Part shown: positions 42,801-54,033 of the stretch, in pieces
Position numbering within the stretch: position 1 is the stretch's first letter
Layout of the letters: each line of letters opens with the position of its first letter
Assembly (NCBI GenBank): GCA_034520945.1
Contig: JAXHNB010000005.1
Coordinates: 512,001 to 576,000, forward strand
Direction of reading: 5' to 3'
Source: Trueperaceae bacterium
GTDB lineage: Bacteria > Deinococcota > Deinococci > Deinococcales > Trueperaceae
DNA: 64,000 nucleotides
Notes under the pieces: model-generated
Seen by the model: the letters and a program-made list of their open reading frames with translations, nothing else
Told to the model about the DNA's origin: nothing
Databases searched by the model: none
Made by a program: the position numbers and the translations under genes

Positions 42801-45800
42801 CGGACCGTCCAGTCGGGCACGCGCACCTCGGGGGCGTCCCCCCACGCGCCGGTCGCCTGCGCCTCGGCGTCCAGCGTGGCGTCGCTCAGGCGCACGCCGG
42901 GCAGGCCCGACAGCCACGGCGCCAAGGGGAGCCCCTCCGCGCGCGCGTCCACGTTCCAGCCGCCGGGGTCGGCGCGACCGTCCAGGGTGAGGGCGTCGCC
43001 GCTGAGGTCGAGGGTGAGGCCGCCTGGGCCTACCTGGAGGGTTCCCTCGGCGGTGGTGCTGCCGCGGAGGTAGAGGGGGCCGCCGAGGGTGGGGGCGGCG
43101 GCGTCGCCGCTCAGCTCGAGGGGGGCGCGGAGGTGGAGGGGCGGGTCCTCGTCGGGGTCGGCGTGCAGGCGCGCCTGCAGCTCGCCCCCGCCGGACCAGG
43201 TGCCCGCCCACGGCGGGCCGTGCAGGGTGGCGTCCAGGGTCAGGTCGCCCCCTGCGGGGCCGGCGCCGGCCGACGCCTCGACGCGGGCGCGCAGGCCGTC
43301 CGCCGCAGCCGCCAGCTCGGCGTGCAGTGTGGCGTCGCCCGCGGCGCCGGGCGTCAGGCCCAGTTCGGCCGTGCCGGCGTACCCGCCGCCGGCGTCCCAG
43401 CGCAGCCCGTCCGGGCCGGGCGTGAGCGTCAGGCCGAACGCCTGCAGCCCGTTGCCCTGCAATGACGCGGCGACCGGTTGGACGCCGTCCAGGTCGGCGC
43501 GGAGGGTGAGGCCCGGCAGCGACGCCCGCAGGGTGGCGGCCGTGGGGGGGCCGCGCAGGGTGACGCCGAGTGCCTGCGTTCCCACAACGCCCGGCGCGGC
43601 GGGTGGGGGTGCGTCGGGATCGGCCGGGACGGCCGCGTCCCCGTCCGCAGGTGCCACGGTGGGGGCCTCGCCCAGGCGTGCGGCGCCGCGCAGGTCCAGC
43701 TCCGGCCACACCTCGCCCGACAGGTCGGCGCGCAGCGCGGCGGGCGACCGCATCGCCAGGTCGGCCCGCTGCAGGGTGGCGCGCCCCCCGCGGACCTGCG
43801 CGGCGGCGCTGAACGTGCCGGCGACCGGCAGGCCGGCCCGGGCGGGCGCGGCGGCGTCCAGATCGACCGCGATCCCCTCCGCGCCGCTGCGGACCCCCAG
43901 CGAGGCGCGCGCGTCGGACGCCTCGGCCACCGCCACCAGCGAGCCGTCCTCGCCGCCGGCGGTGCGGACCGTGGCGGGCCCGCCCCAGGCGGTGCCGTCC
44001 AGGGTGAGGCGGCGCAGGTCGGCCGACAATTCGCCGTGCAGCGCGATCTCCGGCCCGACCGCCCGCACCTCCCAGGCCAGGCCGGGGGCGCTTCGCGTCA
44101 GGGTCGCCTCCGCCGGTCCGGCCAGCGCCCGGATGAGCGCGTCCCCGTCGCCCGTCCGCACGTCCAGCTCCACGGGCGTGCCCACCGCGCGGCCGGACAG
44201 GCGCGCGTCGGCCTGCACCTGCAGCCTGCCGTCCTCCATGCCGCCCTCGCCGCCGGGCCGGAGGCGCGCCCGCACCTCGCCGGAGGCGTCGCCGCTCAGC
44301 TCCGTGCCCAACCAGGCGCCCAGGCCGGCCAGGTCCAGGCTGCCCACGTCGGCGCGGCCCTCCAGGCCGCCGTCGCCCAGCGAGGCGGTGCCCCGCAGCA
44401 GCGTGCCGGGCCCGTCCGCCGGGTCGCGCGCCACGTCTGCTGCCAGCGCCCAGTCCGCCGTGCCCTGCGTCCCCTCGCCCTGGGCGTCGGCGCTGAGCCG
44501 CAGGATGCGGCCGGCGGGCGCGACTGCGGCGCTGGCCTGCGCCGCCCACGCGCCGTCTCGGTCCACGGTGGCGCGCAGGGTGGCGCCACGGGGGTCCAGC
44601 GCCCCGGCCGCGTCGGGCCAGGCGGCCGGGGTGGCCTGCACGTCCAGCACCACCCAGGCGTCCGCGTCCGGATCGTTCAGGTCCAGGCGCGCCTCGCCGG
44701 CCGCGCCACGGGCGGAGAGGGCGACCTGCGGGTCGGCCAGCGTGCCCGCAATGCGCACGCCCAGCGGGTGCGGTTGGCCGGCCACGCGGGCCGGCAGGGT
44801 CAGTGCCCCCGACGGCCGGCCGCCCGCCAGCCGCAGCGTTCCCCCCAGCGGGCCGCCGACCGCCACCTCCGCCAGGGTGCCGCGCACCTCCAGCCGTTGC
44901 GCCGCCAGGGCGTACGCCTCGCCGCCCAGCCGCGGCCACGACAGGCTGCCCGCCACCCGAACGTCGTCCAGCGAAGGCACGCCTCCCTCGGGGGCCTGCA
45001 GGCGCAGGTCGGCCTCGGCGCCGCTGCGGGCCTCCTGCGCCGTCACGGCCAGGTCGAGCGCCGGCCGCACCGTGCCGTCCGCCCGGCCCTGCAGCGACCG
45101 CCAGGCGCCGTCGGCCGTCAGCCGCAGGGCGGCGCCGTCGCCGCGAAGCTCCGCCTGCCCGAACGCGTCGTGCCGCACCTGCAGCGTGCCGTCCCAGGCC
45201 GGCCCCGGTCCTTCGTCTCGGCCGCGAGGTCGGCCCGGAGGCGGCCGTCCAGCCGCAGGCCCGCCAGGGCGGGCAGGAAGGTGCCGGGCGTCGCGCCCGC
45301 CGCCGTGACGTGCACGGCGCCGGGCTGCAGCGACGCGCTCAGCCCGGCGCCGCTCACCTCCAGGCGTGCGGGGTCGGGCCCCTCGCTCTGCACCTGCAAC
45401 GTGTCGTCCCCGACCGCCCACGCGCCCCGCAGCGACCAGGCGCGGCGGGTCAGGTCGACCGGTCCCTCCAGCGTGAGGGCGCCCGGCAGCTCGGCGTCCA
45501 GCGCGGCGGCGGACGACAGCACGGCGGCGGGCAGCTCGGCCTGCAGGGCGGCGGCGTCCAGCGGACCGCGCAGGCTGGATCGGGCGTCGCCGGGGCCGTC
45601 CAGTTGGAGGTCCAGCCGGGCGTCCGGGCCGAGCAGCTCGGCCCGGCCGTGCAGGCGGGCCGGCCGTGCGGTGCCGGCCTCACCGTCGCCGGACGCCGCG
45701 GCGTCGCCGGCCCCGATCTCGATCGGCAGGTCCACGTCTGCGGTGAGGCGGCCGTCCGTGAAGGCGAGGACGCTGTCGCCGAGCTCCAGCGTGGGCCATG

Positions 45801-48557
45801 CCCCGCCGTCCGGGGTCGGTCGCAGCGACCAGGGCAGGGGCCCGGCGCGGACGCCTCGCCACGCCTGGGCGGGGACGGTGCCGCCGCCGCGCAGCGCGCC
45901 CCCCTCCAGCCGCACGTCGCCCCAGGGGTGCGTGAGTTCGGCGGTGGGGTCCGTCCCCAGCGCGAGGGTGCCCGTCAGTTCGGCCGCGCCGGCGGGCGTG
46001 TCGACCCGGCCGTCCAGCATGCCGTCCCGCCACGCCACCTCCGCGGGGACGGGCCCGTCCAGCCGCAGCGTCGCCGCGCCGGTCACGCCGTCCCTGGACG
46101 CCTCCACGCCGTCCAACGTCAGCGTGCCGGTCAGCGGCACCCCCAGCGCCTCCGCCACGGGGGCCAGGGTCGCGTCGCCGTCCAGCGCCAGGCGCCACGG
46201 GTCGCGCCGCGCGATCGCCACCAGGCGGCGTTCAATGTCCGCACCGGTGCGGAGCGCCCCGCGGAACGGCTCGGCGGCGTCCAGGTCCAGCGCGCCGTCC
46301 AGGCGGGCGCCGGCCGTCTCGATCGTGACGGGGCCACGGCGGAATTCGGTGAGTTCGGCGCGGAGCTGCACGGCGCGCTGCAGCGTGACGCCCCGCAGGC
46401 GCGCCCCGGCCGGCAGGTCGGCGCGGACCGACAGGCCCGCCTCGCCCGCGTCGACCGTGATGCGTGCCGGGTCGGCCGCGACGCTCGCCTGGCCCCGCAG
46501 GGTGCCGGCGGGATCGGCGGCGTCGGCGCGGAGGGAGGCGTTCAACGGCCCGCGGGCGTCGCCCACCGCGACCGGCAGGCCGTGCAGCTCGGCCCGAAGC
46601 AGGCCGTCCCTCAGGGTCGCGTCGAGGCGGGGGCCGTTCAGCGCCAGCGTGACGCCGCGGCCCGGCGCCCAGCCGGCCTGCAGCGACGCCTCGACCGGGT
46701 CGGCCGCGACGGGCGGGACGGCCGCCTCCTCGGCGCGGAGCGTGCCGCGTGCCTGCAGCGGGGCGTCGTCGCTCGCGCCGAAGGGACGTCCGGTGATCGA
46801 ACCTTCGCTCACGGACAGGACCGCCTGGAACGGGCCGGCCCGAAGGGGGGTGGGGGCGAGGGACCAGGCGAGGTCGGCGCCGGCGTCGACCCGGCGTCGG
46901 CGTCGGTCGCGAGCGGCAGCCGCCCGGACAGCGACAGCGGCCCCAGGGCGGCCTCGATCTCCTCCAGCGCGCCGCCGCGCAGCACGCCGCGGGCCTCCCC
47001 GCGCAGGTCGGCGTCGAACTGCGCGCCGGGCAGGGACGGGGTCCACGGCGCCTCGCCCTGCAGCGCCAGCGTCCACGGAAGCTCGCTCGGGGGTCCGTCC
47101 AGGCGCAGTTCGGCGTGCAGCGGGTCCTGCCCGGCGGGGGTCCAGCCCGCCAGGCGCACCGCGCCGGTGACGGCGCCGTCCTGCCACGACAGCGCGCCGT
47201 CCACGGTTCCACCTGGCGTCACCTCGCCCTGCACCGACCCCTGGACCCCGCCGTCCGCGAGGGTGGCGTCCACCTGCAGGCGGGCGGCGTCGCCGAGGGC
47301 GCCGCGGGCGGTCACGTCGCCGCGCAGCGGGCCGGTTCGGAGGGTGGCGTCGGCGCTCAGGTCGCGGGCGGGGCCGTAGCGGGCGTCCTGCAGGCCCAGC
47401 GTCCACACCGGCTCGTCATTGCGTACGCCCGCGTTCACGGTGAGGGCGCCGCCGAGCGCCTCGCCGGTCGCGGCGGCGGACAGGCCGCCTGTGCGGGTGT
47501 AGCGCACCTCGTCGCTACGCAGCGTCAGCGGGCGGCCGTCCAGGGTGCCCTCCGCCTCCGCCCGGCCGTCGACGGTGACGTCGGTCCAGCCCGAGGCGTG
47601 GGCCCACAGGCGCGCCTCCCCGTCCGGCGTGAGGGCGGGCGGCAGCGCGTCGCCGGCGCCCCACGCCGCCACCTCGCGCAGGGGCGGCGTGGCGCGCAGG
47701 GAGGCGCTCCATGCCCGCGCCGGCACGTCGACCCGGCCGGTGGCCAGGACCGGCCCGCCCAGGCCGGTGCCGGACAGGGAGGTGCGCACCACGCCGCCGC
47801 GCAGTTCGATGGGTCCCTCGACCTGCGTCACCTCGAGGCCCACCACGGCGATCGCGCCGCCGCGTAGCTCCAGGTCGGCGCGCAGGCCGCCCTCCGGCGT
47901 GTAGGTCACCTTCCCCTCGCCGCGGCCGGCGGTCACGCCGCGCCACCAGTGCCGGCCGATGCGGGCGTCCACGTCCTGCACCTCGGCGTTCAGCGTCAGG
48001 GGCGCCAGGCCCAGCCGCGCGTCGAAGTCCAGCGCCCCCTCGTCCGTGCGCAGGCGGCCCGACGCCGCCACCCCCTGGCCGCTGCCGCGCACCTCGAGCT
48101 CCTCGGTGCGAAGGTCCGGCAGCGTCCACGGCGCGTCGTTGACCTCCAGGCGGACGCCCGCCAGGTCCAGGGCCCGCAGTTCCGGTCGGACCGGCAGGCC
48201 GCCCTGCCCGCCGCCGCCGGAATCCAGGGCGGCCGGGTCCAGCTGGACGCGGGCGCCGTCGACGGTGACCCACAACGGAAGCTCGCCCTGCAGCAGGCCC
48301 GGCAGGAACCAGCCCACCGTGGCGCGGTCCAGTTCGGCGTCCACGCCGGGGGCCCGCACGCGCGCGTCGCGGAGCGTCACCTGGCGCCAGGGGTTGCCGC
48401 CGCTGTCCTGCCAGGACAGCTCGTACCCGGCCGCGTCGGCGGCCTCTTGGGCGCGGTCCAGCAGCCAGCCGCGACCCGCGGGGGTGGCGGGCAGAAGCGC
48501 TGCGGCCAGCACCACCGCGGCCAGGAGGGTGAGGGTCAGAAGGGAACGTCTCGGCAT
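36854..48557 (-). CDS. tamB: Giant TamB/AsmA-like periplasm-spanning protein (~3,900 aa; frameshifts at ~46891 and ~45218)
   Basis: N-terminal anchor MPRRSLLTLTLLAAVVLAAALLP; three consecutive beta-strand-rich ORF segments; C-terminal DUF490-like region (LVLGGTAAEPRLAGE, LVSLVALG, RLGGYL, FGVTLRW). Confidence 0.85.
40860..43540 (-). repeat. Internal tandem duplication in tamB (core offset 1482 nt, 494 aa)
   Basis: GPPWAG(T/S)WSGGGELQARLHADPD, GAWGDAPEVRVP and DADLGVLLDGAA each occur twice; GCGTGCAGGCGCGCCTGCAG at 43161 and 41679. Confidence 0.9.
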
Positions 48558-48699
48558 CGGGGATCGCACGCGGGCGAGCCGCGTGCCTCAGCGAATGGTA
48601 GCACCGGCGGGTGAGCCCCCATGAACGGCCCTGGACGTGCCGGAGGGGCGTCGCGGGTCACCCGGCGGGCGGGCCGGCCTGCGGTAGCATGCGCGCCAT

Positions 48700-48975
48700 A
48701 TGGACCGTCCGCAACGACTGACCGCGTTGATCTCCGGCCGCGTGCAGGGCGTGGGGTTCCGCGCCTACGCCCGCCGCCGGGCGCTGGACCTGCGCCTGGC
48801 CGGCACGGCCGAGAACCTCGCGGACGGCCGGGTGGAGGTGGTGGCCGAGGGGCCCCGCAGCGAACTGGAGCAGTTGCTGATCCACCTTCGGCGCGGCCCG
48901 CCTCACGGCGAGGTGACCGACGTCGACGAGCATTGGAGCGAAGGGAGCGGCCTGCGTGGGTTTCACGTCAACTGA
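48700..48975 (+). CDS. acyP: Acylphosphatase
   Basis: [22 protein letters not shown]. Confidence 0.95.
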   Translation: MDRPQRLTALISGRVQGVGFRAYARRRALDLRLAGTAENLADGRVEVVAEGPRSELEQLLIHLRRGPPHGEVTDVDEHWSEGSGLRGFHVN

Positions 48976-49000
48976 GCACGCCCGCACGTCCCAGCGTGGG

Positions 49001-49065
49001 GACCGAACGCGTGCGGACCGAACGCGCCAGGGCCGAACGCGCCGGCGCCGAACGCGTCTGGACCG
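49001..49065 (+). repeat. 15-nt tandem repeat (four copies plus a partial) between acyP and trpC
   Basis: CCGAACGCG core in units starting 49001, 49016, 49031 and 49046. Confidence 0.8.
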
Positions 49066-49068
49066 GGC

Positions 49069-49911
49069 GTGAAGGCGCCCGCCCCCCTGCGCACGAAGGA
49101 CCTGGCGGAGGTGCCGGGCGTGCTGGGCACCATCGCGCGGGAACGGGCCGGTGATTACGCCGGCGAACGCACCCCCGACGCGGTCGCCCCGGACGGCGCC
49201 GATCCCGCCCGGCTGCCGAACGCGCTGCGGGCGCCCGGCCTGTCGGTGATGGCCGAGATCAAGCGCGGCAGCCCCTCGGCCGGCACCATCGCGCCGCTGG
49301 ACCCGGTGCGGGCCGCCCGCGCGTATCAGCGCGGCGGCGCGGCGGCGCTGTCGGTGCTGACCGAACCGCGGCACTTCGGCGGCAGCCTCACGCACCTGCA
49401 GCGCGTGGCGGAGGTCAGCGAGCTGCCGGTGATGCGCAAGGAGTTCGTGGTGCATCCCTTGCAGGTGGCGGAGGCGGCCGACGCCGGCGCCGACGGCGTG
49501 CTGCTGATCGCCGCGGTGCTGGGCCCGGCCCTGGCCGACTACCTGGCGTACGCCCGCGCCTTCGGGCTGGCCGCGTTGGTGGAGGTGCATGGCGAGGCGG
49601 AGCTGGACGCGGCCCTGGCGGCCGGCACCGAGCTGCTGGGGGTCAACAACCGCGATCTGGGCACGCTGGAGGTGGACCTGAATGTGGCGCCGCGTCTGCT
49701 GTCGCACGCGCGGGCGGCCGGATTCGAAGGCGTGAGCGTCGCGGAGTCCGGCTACGCCCGCGCCGAGGAGCTGCGCCCCCTGCGGGGCGTGGCGGACGCG
49801 GTGCTGATCGGCACCTCCCTGGCCGGCAGCGAGGACCTGGAGGTCGCGCTGCGCACCCTGCGGGAGGGCCTGGACGCCGGCGAGGAGGGCGCGCCGAATG
49901 ACCGAAGCTGA
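49069..49911 (+). CDS. trpC: Indole-3-glycerol phosphate synthase
   Basis: AEIKRGSPSAG, LSVLTEP, LVEVH, GVNNRDL, VAESG. Confidence 0.95.
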   Translation: MKAPAPLRTKDLAEVPGVLGTIARERAGDYAGERTPDAVAPDGADPARLPNALRAPGLSVMAEIKRGSPSAGTIAPLDPVRAARAYQRGGAAALSVLTEPRHFGGSLTHLQRVAEVSELPVMRKEFVVHPLQVAEAADAGADGVLLIAAVLGPALADYLAYARAFGLAALVEVHGEAELDAALAAGTELLGVNNRDLGTLEVDLNVAPRLLSHARAAGFEGVSVAESGYARAEELRPLRGVADAVLIGTSLAGSEDLEVALRTLREGLDAGEEGAPNDRS

Positions 49912-50611
49912 GGGAACCACGATGCGGATCCTGATCACCGGTGCCTCCAGCGGGATCGGCGCCGCCACCGCCCGGGCGCTGGCCGGCCCCGGCCGCACGC
50001 TGCTGCTGAACGGCCGCAACGAGGCGGCCCTGCAGGAGGTGGCCGCGGAGGTCCGTGGCCTGGGCGGCACGGCCGAGGCCCACCCGGCCGACCTGGGCGA
50101 CGACGCCGCCGTCCAGCGCCTGGCGGACGGGGTGCGGCAGCCGTTGGACGTGCTGGTGCACGCCGCCGGCGTGGTGGGTTTGGGGTCGGTGGCGGAGTTG
50201 CCGGTCGCGGCGTTGGACGAGCAGTACCGCCTGAACGTGCGCGCGCCGTTCGCGCTGACGCAGGCGCTGCTGCCGCGCCTGCGCGAGGCGCGCGGCCTGG
50301 TGGTGTTCGTCAACTCCGGCGCCGGGCAGCGCGCCAAGCCGGACTGGGGCGGGTACGCCGCCTCGAAGTTCGCGCTGCGGGCGTTGGCGGACGCCCTCCG
50401 CGACGAGGAGGCCGCCGCCGGCGTGCGCGTCAGCAGCGTCTACCCGGGTCGGACCGCCACCCCCATGCAGCGCGAGGTGCGCCGGCAGGAGGGCGGGCCG
50501 TACCAGCCTGAGGCGTACCTGCGGCCCGAGGCGGTGGCGAACGTGATCAAAGACCTGATCGGTGTGCCCGCCTCCGCCACCGTGCCCGACGTGTCGGTGC
50601 GGCCCGGGTGA
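49898..50611 (+). CDS. Short-chain dehydrogenase/reductase
   Basis: ITGASSGIG, YAASK, PGRTATPMQ. Confidence 0.93.
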   Translation: MTEAEGTTMRILITGASSGIGAATARALAGPGRTLLLNGRNEAALQEVAAEVRGLGGTAEAHPADLGDDAAVQRLADGVRQPLDVLVHAAGVVGLGSVAELPVAALDEQYRLNVRAPFALTQALLPRLREARGLVVFVNSGAGQRAKPDWGGYAASKFALRALADALRDEEAAAGVRVSSVYPGRTATPMQREVRRQEGGPYQPEAYLRPEAVANVIKDLIGVPASATVPDVSVRPG

Positions 50612-51876
50612 GGGCCGGCGGTCCCCCCTCGCCCCGCACGCACCGGCTGGACAACGGCCTGCGCGTCGCGGTGCAGCCGCTGCCGGGCGTCGCCACCGTC
50701 GCGGCGCGCCTGCTGCTCCCACTCGGCGCGGCGCACGACCCGCCGGAGCTGCCGGGCCTGAGCGCGCTGGCGTGGGCGTGGGCGGAACGCGGCGCGGCCG
50801 GCCGGGACGCCCACGCGCACGCCGACGCCTGGGCCGAACTGGGCGCCCGCCCCGGCGGGCACGCCGGCCGCGAGGTCAGCGTCCGGGCCTTCACCGCCAC
50901 CCCCGACGTGCTGATCCCGGCGCTGCGGCTGCTGGCGGCGGAGGCGGCCGCGCCGACGCTGGCGAACGAGACCTTCGCGCTGGCCCGCACGCAGGCCCAA
51001 GACGAGTTGGACGCGCTGAGCGATCGGCCCGACGCGCAGTTGGACGAGGCGCTGAATGCCCACGCGTTCCGGCCGCCGTACGACCGCAGCGCCTACGGCA
51101 ACGACGAGGGTCTGGCCGCGGCCGACGCCGAGGCGGTCCGACGCGGCTACCTGCAGCGCGCCCGCCCCGACGGCGCGGTGCTGGCCGTCGCGGGCGGCAT
51201 GCCGGAGGCGGCGGCGTGGGCGGCGGTGGAGGCGACGTTCGGCGGCTGGACCGCCCCGGCGGACCCCGCGTCCGGACTGCCCGACCTGGCGTGGGCGCCG
51301 CCGGCGGGACACGACCTGGTGGGCGGCGGGCAGCAGGCGCACCTGGGCTGGGCCTGGCCGGTCCTGCCGCCCGGTGACCCGCGCGCCGCCGCGCAGGCGC
51401 TGGGGATGGCGGTGCTGAGCGCCGGGTCGGGCGCGCGCCTGTTCCGCGAGGTGCGCGAGGCGCGCGGCCTGGCGTACGCGGTGGAGGCCGGCACCCACAC
51501 CCTCGCCGGGACGGGCTGGGCCAGCGCCTACGCCGCCACCGGCCCCGAGCGGGCGGAGGAGGCCATGTCCGTGATCGAACGCATCCTCGATGAGCTGCCC
51601 GACGGCGTGGATGAGGAGGAACTGAGCCGCGCCCGCGCCGGCCTGCGGACCCGCGAGGCCCTCACCGCCGAGACCAGCGCCGGGCGGGCCGCCCAGGCGG
51701 CGCGCGACGTGTGGCTGCTGGGCCGCGCGCGCAGCCTACGGGCCCGCGACGAGTCCCTGATGGAACCTACCGCCGAAGATGTTCGCGCCGCCCTGGCCGC
51801 CTGGCCCGAGCGGCCACCGACCCGGGTGGCGCTGTGGCCCGAGCGAGCGCCGGCCCGCGCAGGGGAGGCGGCATGA
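50608..51876 (+). CDS. M16 peptidase, non-catalytic subunit
   Basis: HRLDNGLRV, RLFREVREARGLAY; no HxxEH. Confidence 0.88.
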   Translation: MRAGGPPSPRTHRLDNGLRVAVQPLPGVATVAARLLLPLGAAHDPPELPGLSALAWAWAERGAAGRDAHAHADAWAELGARPGGHAGREVSVRAFTATPDVLIPALRLLAAEAAAPTLANETFALARTQAQDELDALSDRPDAQLDEALNAHAFRPPYDRSAYGNDEGLAAADAEAVRRGYLQRARPDGAVLAVAGGMPEAAAWAAVEATFGGWTAPADPASGLPDLAWAPPAGHDLVGGGQQAHLGWAWPVLPPGDPRAAAQALGMAVLSAGSGARLFREVREARGLAYAVEAGTHTLAGTGWASAYAATGPERAEEAMSVIERILDELPDGVDEEELSRARAGLRTREALTAETSAGRAAQAARDVWLLGRARSLRARDESLMEPTAEDVRAALAAWPERPPTRVALWPERAPARAGEAA

Positions 51877-53156
51877 CGCGCCCCGACGCGCATTCGGACG
51901 CACCCCTCGAGCGCGCGAATCACACGGCCGTGCAGCGCGAGGTGCGCACCCTGCCCGGCGGCGTGACGCTGCTGATGGAGGTGGACCCGGCCGCGCCCAG
52001 CGCCGCGGCGGCGTGGCTGGCGCCGGTCGGCTCCCGCGACGAGCCGGACCAACGGGCGGGCGCGTCGCACCTGCTGGAGCACATGGCGTTCAAGGGCCCC
52101 GCCGAGCTGAACGCCGGCGAGCTGGACCGCCGCCTGGACGCCCTCGGCGCGGACGTGAACGCCTTCACCGGCGAGGACCGCACGGCGTACCACGGCACGG
52201 TCCTGCCCGAGCACCTGGGCGCGCTGAACGAGGCGCTGGCCGCCATGCTGCGGCCCGCGCTCCGACCCGAAGACCTGGAGGTCGAGCGCGCCGTGGTGCT
52301 GGAGGAGATCGCCATGACGCACGACCAGCCGGACGACCGCGCGCTGGAGACCGCCGCCGCCCGCTACTTCGCCGGTCACCCATTGGGCCGGCCGGTGCTG
52401 GGCACGCGCGCCAGCGTGGCGGGCCTCACCCGCGACGCGCTGGACGCATGGCGCGCCCGCCACTACGCCCCCGCCCGGCTGGTGGTGGCGCTGGCGGGCC
52501 GCTTCGACCCTGACGCCGAGGCCGACCGGGTGGCGCGCCTGGCCGAAGCCCTCGCGGCCGACGGATCCACGCCCGAGCCGCGCGTCGCGCCGACGCCGCA
52601 CGCCGGCCGCAGTCAGGAGGGAGATCCAAGCGTCACCCGCGCCTACGGCGCGATGCTGGCGCCCGGCGTGGCGGCCGATGAGGAGGCGCGGATCGCGGCG
52701 GCGCTGCTGGCCCGCGTGCTGGGCGAGCCGGGCCACGGCGCGCTGCACTGGGCGCTGGTCGATCCCGGCCTGGCGGAGCAGGCCGGCCTGGACCACGAGC
52801 CGGGCGCGGGGTTCGGCACCTGGACCGGCTGGTACGCCGCCGCGCCCGACCGGGCCGCGGAGGCCCGCGCCCGCTTCGAAGCGACCCTGCTGGAGGCGCA
52901 GGACGCCCCGCTGGACCCGGCGGCGTGGCACCGCGCCCGCCGCACCCTCGCCACCGACATCGCGTTGCGGGCCGAATCGAGCCTGGGCCGCGCCCTGGCG
53001 CTGGCCGACGCCTGGCTGGACCGGCGGGCGCTGCACGACCCCCGCGCCCTGCTGGCGCGCGTGCACGCCACCGAACCCGAAGAGGGCGAGGCGCTGCTGG
53101 CGCGCCGCCCCTTCGACGCCATGCACCTGCACGTGCTGGGGCCGGCGGGGGACTGA
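51873..53156 (+). CDS. M16 zinc peptidase, catalytic subunit
   Basis: GSRDE, SHLLEHMAFKG, NAFT, ERAVVLEE. Confidence 0.93.
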   Translation: MTRPDAHSDAPLERANHTAVQREVRTLPGGVTLLMEVDPAAPSAAAAWLAPVGSRDEPDQRAGASHLLEHMAFKGPAELNAGELDRRLDALGADVNAFTGEDRTAYHGTVLPEHLGALNEALAAMLRPALRPEDLEVERAVVLEEIAMTHDQPDDRALETAAARYFAGHPLGRPVLGTRASVAGLTRDALDAWRARHYAPARLVVALAGRFDPDAEADRVARLAEALAADGSTPEPRVAPTPHAGRSQEGDPSVTRAYGAMLAPGVAADEEARIAAALLARVLGEPGHGALHWALVDPGLAEQAGLDHEPGAGFGTWTGWYAAAPDRAAEARARFEATLLEAQDAPLDPAAWHRARRTLATDIALRAESSLGRALALADAWLDRRALHDPRALLARVHATEPEEGEALLARRPFDAMHLHVLGPAGD

Positions 53157-53232
53157 GCGGTGGCCACGGCAGGTGGACGCGCCGGCGTCGCGCGTCCTTC
53201 ACCGCGCTCATGTCGCGACGGTACCCTGCCCC

Positions 53233-54033
53233 ATGCCCGTGCGCCGGCCCCGCCCTCGCATGACGTCGTTCCACGCTGCGGACCGCCCGGCCGTACGGGC
53301 GGTGCGGGCCGGGCAGACGTCCAGGAAGCGGTGGGGTCGCGCTGCCGTGCGGCTCGCCATGATCCTGCTCGCGCCGGTGCTGCTGAGCGCGGCGCTGGCG
53401 CAGGACGACGGCGAGCCGGGCGACGGTGCCGACACCGCCGCGCAGGACGCCGCCCCGCAGGTGGCGCGCCTCACCGTCGAGGCGGCCGGCGCGCAGTCGT
53501 ACGACCTCTCCACGGGCCGCACCGTGCTGGAGGACGGCGGCACCATCACCGACCTGGAGACCGGGCTGACGATCCGCGCGCCCTACATCGCGTACGTGGA
53601 GGGCGAGTCGATCGAGGCCCGCGACGCCGAGGCCGAGACCGACGCCGGCCTGCTGCGCGCGCCCCGCTTGAGCATCGACGTGCCCGCCCTGCGCGCCCGC
53701 GCGCCCGAGGGGGTCACCTTCCAACGCGAAGGGCTGGAGGTGCGCGCCGATTCCGCCGATTACCGCCTGGACGAGGAGTTGGTGCGCTTCGAACGCCCCC
53801 GCGGCAGCGATCCCCGCCTGGAGGCGGAGGCGTTGATCTACGACGCGCGGGACGGCGACGCGCTGCTGTTGGGGCCGTACCTGTTCCAGGACGGCGCCTT
53901 CACGCTGCGGGACGAACGCAGTGATGCCGTCCTGCAGTTGCGGCCCGTCGAGGCGGAGGACGGCACGCCCGGCTACCGCGCCGCCAACACGATCGACGAC
54001 GATCTATGGGCCCGCGTGGCGCCGCTTCGGTGA
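53233..54033 (+). CDS. Secreted beta-jellyroll (LptA/OstA-like) protein
   Basis: Signal peptide ending SAALA-Q; repeated short beta strands (TIRAPYIAY, LRAPRLSID, VRADSADY, LEAEALIYD); upstream of LptD-like and LptF/G genes. Start uncertain (53233 or 53359). Confidence 0.55.
   Translation: MPVRRPRPRMTSFHAADRPAVRAVRAGQTSRKRWGRAAVRLAMILLAPVLLSAALAQDDGEPGDGADTAAQDAAPQVARLTVEAAGAQSYDLSTGRTVLEDGGTITDLETGLTIRAPYIAYVEGESIEARDAEAETDAGLLRAPRLSIDVPALRARAPEGVTFQREGLEVRADSADYRLDEELVRFERPRGSDPRLEAEALIYDARDGDALLLGPYLFQDGAFTLRDERSDAVLQLRPVEAEDGTPGYRAANTIDDDLWARVAPLR

Noticed and set aside
37170..47379. Several 700-1500-aa ORFs overlapping tamB
   Set aside because: Arg/Pro/Ala-rich alternative-frame or antisense products with no motifs.
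49001..49065. CRISPR array
   Set aside because: 15-nt period with no spacers and no cas genes; no CRISPR seen anywhere in the window.
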